A DNA stretch of 63,437 nucleotides, the filler included, from Hyphochytrium catenoides (Eukaryota > Protista > Hyphochytriomycota), in assembly GCA_900088475.1 (NCBI GenBank). It is 5 parts of 5 records of this genome, joined end to end, with 100 filler letters (N's around TTAATTAATTAA, not from the genome) between each part and the next. Parts side by side here need not be neighbours in the genome. Positions count along the whole stretch, not along the records: positions 60,743 to 63,437 come from FLMG01004577.1; 4 more parts are not named here. The stretch is one strand, 5' to 3'. The position numbers were made by a program, and so were the translations under genes. Below the pieces are notes generated by a model. The model saw only the letters and a program-made list of their open reading frames with translations. It made no database searches and had not been told where the DNA came from. Shown piece by piece: positions 61,310 to 63,437 of this stretch; the first letter of the stretch is position 1; the number at the start of each line of letters is the position of its first letter.

Positions 61310-63130
61310 ATCAGATGGGGGCCGTCCTTCCAAACGTCACCTGGTACGAAACAATGCTCCTCACCCCATCCGTCAAAGAGTGGGATATACCGCTCGCTTC
61401 GCCTGAAGACCTCTCTGGCGGCAGTAAGACAGGTAAGGTAGATGTATGAGCAATGGAAATTGACGGGAGAGAAAGGAAACAGAGACACACACAAAACACA
61501 GATAGTCCACCAACCCACGAGGCTGACATCAACGGAGGAGTCGACAGGACAACAGGTAAGCCAGTCTTGGACTTCTCTAAGTAACTAACTTACACTGCTT
61601 CTTCGAGACATGCAGGATCGTCTATTTGTGTCAGCGCTTTCGTGGCTTCATCATAGTGACCCTGTGCGAAGAGCGCCTAACGATCATAAACGGTGAGCCC
61701 AACAGAAACAAATCGAGCGTGGGGGCAAAAGCAGGCCCACGAAGAAGTAGAGACAGCCCGTGCACTACCTGCAGAAAGTCTGTCACGACGCCCTTCGGAG
61801 AGAAACTGGTCAGTTCGTGCTCTGTCCCTGGTGCATGGCTCTTCAGCAGGTCAGTGAGCGCCAGAAGCTCTCTGGCGGAAGAATGCGTGGACAAGAAAAT
61901 AGCTGTTGTTAGCGGAAGAAGATGCTGCACCTGACTCTCTTTATGCTAGCAGCGGCCCCAGTCCTTCTACCGGCCCAACCTCTGTCCCCAACTATGCTTT
62001 TTCACATTGTTTGCACAATTTTCCCCCCATGTCAGTCTTCTGCTACCTCGTTTCTCTGCTCCCAGAGTACTTACCCTACGTCACTGATCAAGCGCTGGGT
62101 CTCGTTCTGCTCCTTGCTGGCGCGGACCATGCGGTGGAGGATTGAGACCTTCAGGCGCAACGCAGAAGGCGAAGCCTCCGCCTTCAGATGTGCGAGGCTG
62201 CCTGATAAAAGAGCCTGGGAGCAATGTTAAGAGTTAGAGCGGCGCCCTGCTTGCCCTTGCATACTCTATTAAGGTACAACAATCTATCAAGCACCACTTT
62301 CCCATTATCTCTTTCTCTCTGTTTTCCTGGGGTTCTTAGTGTGCCGCCTATCGCTTTGCCTACAGACATCTACCGGACGCAGCTCTCTTCCTTCGCTGCT
62401 TGCTGTCCCACCTGAACCTATGATCATAGCCCCCTGAACTCTCACCTGAGCCTCTTGATAGCTTTTCCTGTCCAGGGCTGCATCAGCCCAGAATAACAGC
62501 TGACNNNNNNNNNNNNNNNNNNNNNNNNNNNNNNNNNNNNNNNCACTAGTAGATGTCAAGAGAGAAAAGAGAGAAAGGTGAAGAGGACTTTTGTCTGTCT
62601 TACTGACCTTCGGGCCCTTCTCCTCCTGCCTCCATCAACTCTAGGGCCTTTGTCACTTCACTCTCAGCGTAGCAGTTGGTGGAGGAATTGGACTTTGCTG
62701 CCAGGAGGAGGATGGCTGTCCATAGAAGGGGGAATAAGAGTGGATGAAGTAATACATACGTAATAATGAGAGAGGGTTCAAGGTAAACATCTAGAAGTGT
62801 CGTGACCTTGTTCCTCTTCCTCTTCTGGCTCCACTGCCTCCGAGTTCTTAGTGATATTATCGCATTCTTGGGAATCTTCCTCGGCGCATTCTCGAGCATT
62901 ATCTTCCTCGGGGATGGTCTCTGTTGCTGTAGATAAAGAGGGAGCAAAAGGTTTAGGACAAGTGACTTGATATCCAGTCAGAGAGACGAGAGAGAGAGAC
63001 ACGAGGTCTTTCCAGCGATAGGCTCTTTTGTCTTGCCAGCACTGAGGCCGGAAGGATCTTAGTCTTCCCTGCTTTCCTCCAACTAGTAGTGTGCGGCTTC
63101 TGACCCTTCATTTGGTGACAGGTACTTCTC
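61310..63130 (-). CDS. Probable partial spliced gene of unknown function
   Basis: Protein-like minus-strand segments (61631-61930, 62410-62503, 62760-62935) alternate with pyrimidine-rich intron-like tracts. No recognisable motif. Confidence 0.3.
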
Positions 63131-63437
63131 ACCCATAGTATCTGTCTCCCTTCTCTCTTGCTCCCTCTCTCCTCCTCTTCTTTCTCTCCCCTCCATGCCG
63201 CCCTATGTCTAGCGTTCTAAGCTGTTTTCCTTAACGTCCGCGCGGAGAAGAGATACCAAGAGGACAAAGTCCTGAAAGATGACGGGTTTGGGCTGCAACT
63301 GTGGCTGGAGAACCAATATGCAGTCTCTTGCCCTTATGAAATAGAAACCCTCTCATATCTGCCTCATCTCTCTTCTCCTGCTGCAGACATTCACATTATC
63401 TGATAATCCGGCCCTTCAGCTCACCTTGCTCCGTCTC

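Overview
Eukaryotic nuclear DNA, most likely from a flagellated stramenopile (it contains a tubular-mastigoneme Sig1/Ocm1-type gene and an oomycete-style membrane HECT ligase). The window is not contiguous: five contigs are joined by artificial N44-TTAATTAATTAA-N44 linkers (14671-14770, 33871-33970, 57857-57956, 60643-60742), so neighbourhoods across linkers mean nothing. Genes have GT-AG introns, so the ORF track fragments most of them. Contig 1 carries a TM + RanBP2-zinc-finger + HECT E3 ligase, an acylated EF-hand protein, squalene epoxidase, a 7TM-TKL pseudokinase and a mastigoneme protein. Contig 2 carries three apparently intronless surface/secreted Cys-rich genes, a large fusion of two LOTUS-like repeats, a DEDDy 3'-5' exonuclease and a Ycf45/SpoIIIAA ATPase, and a solo LTR. 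Contig 3 carries a nested transposon cluster (gypsy relic, LTRs, Helentron-like element), an ABHD4/5-like hydrolase, an MFS transporter, ureG, an S10 carboxypeptidase and a possible Harbinger-like element. Contigs 4-5 hold unidentified spliced genes. The best candidates for new biology are the repeat-exonuclease-ATPase fusion, a Cys-rich extracellular domain I do not recognise that is shared by two neighbouring genes, and the 7TM pseudokinase. Exon boundaries were read by eye and family calls rest on motif recognition, not database searches.
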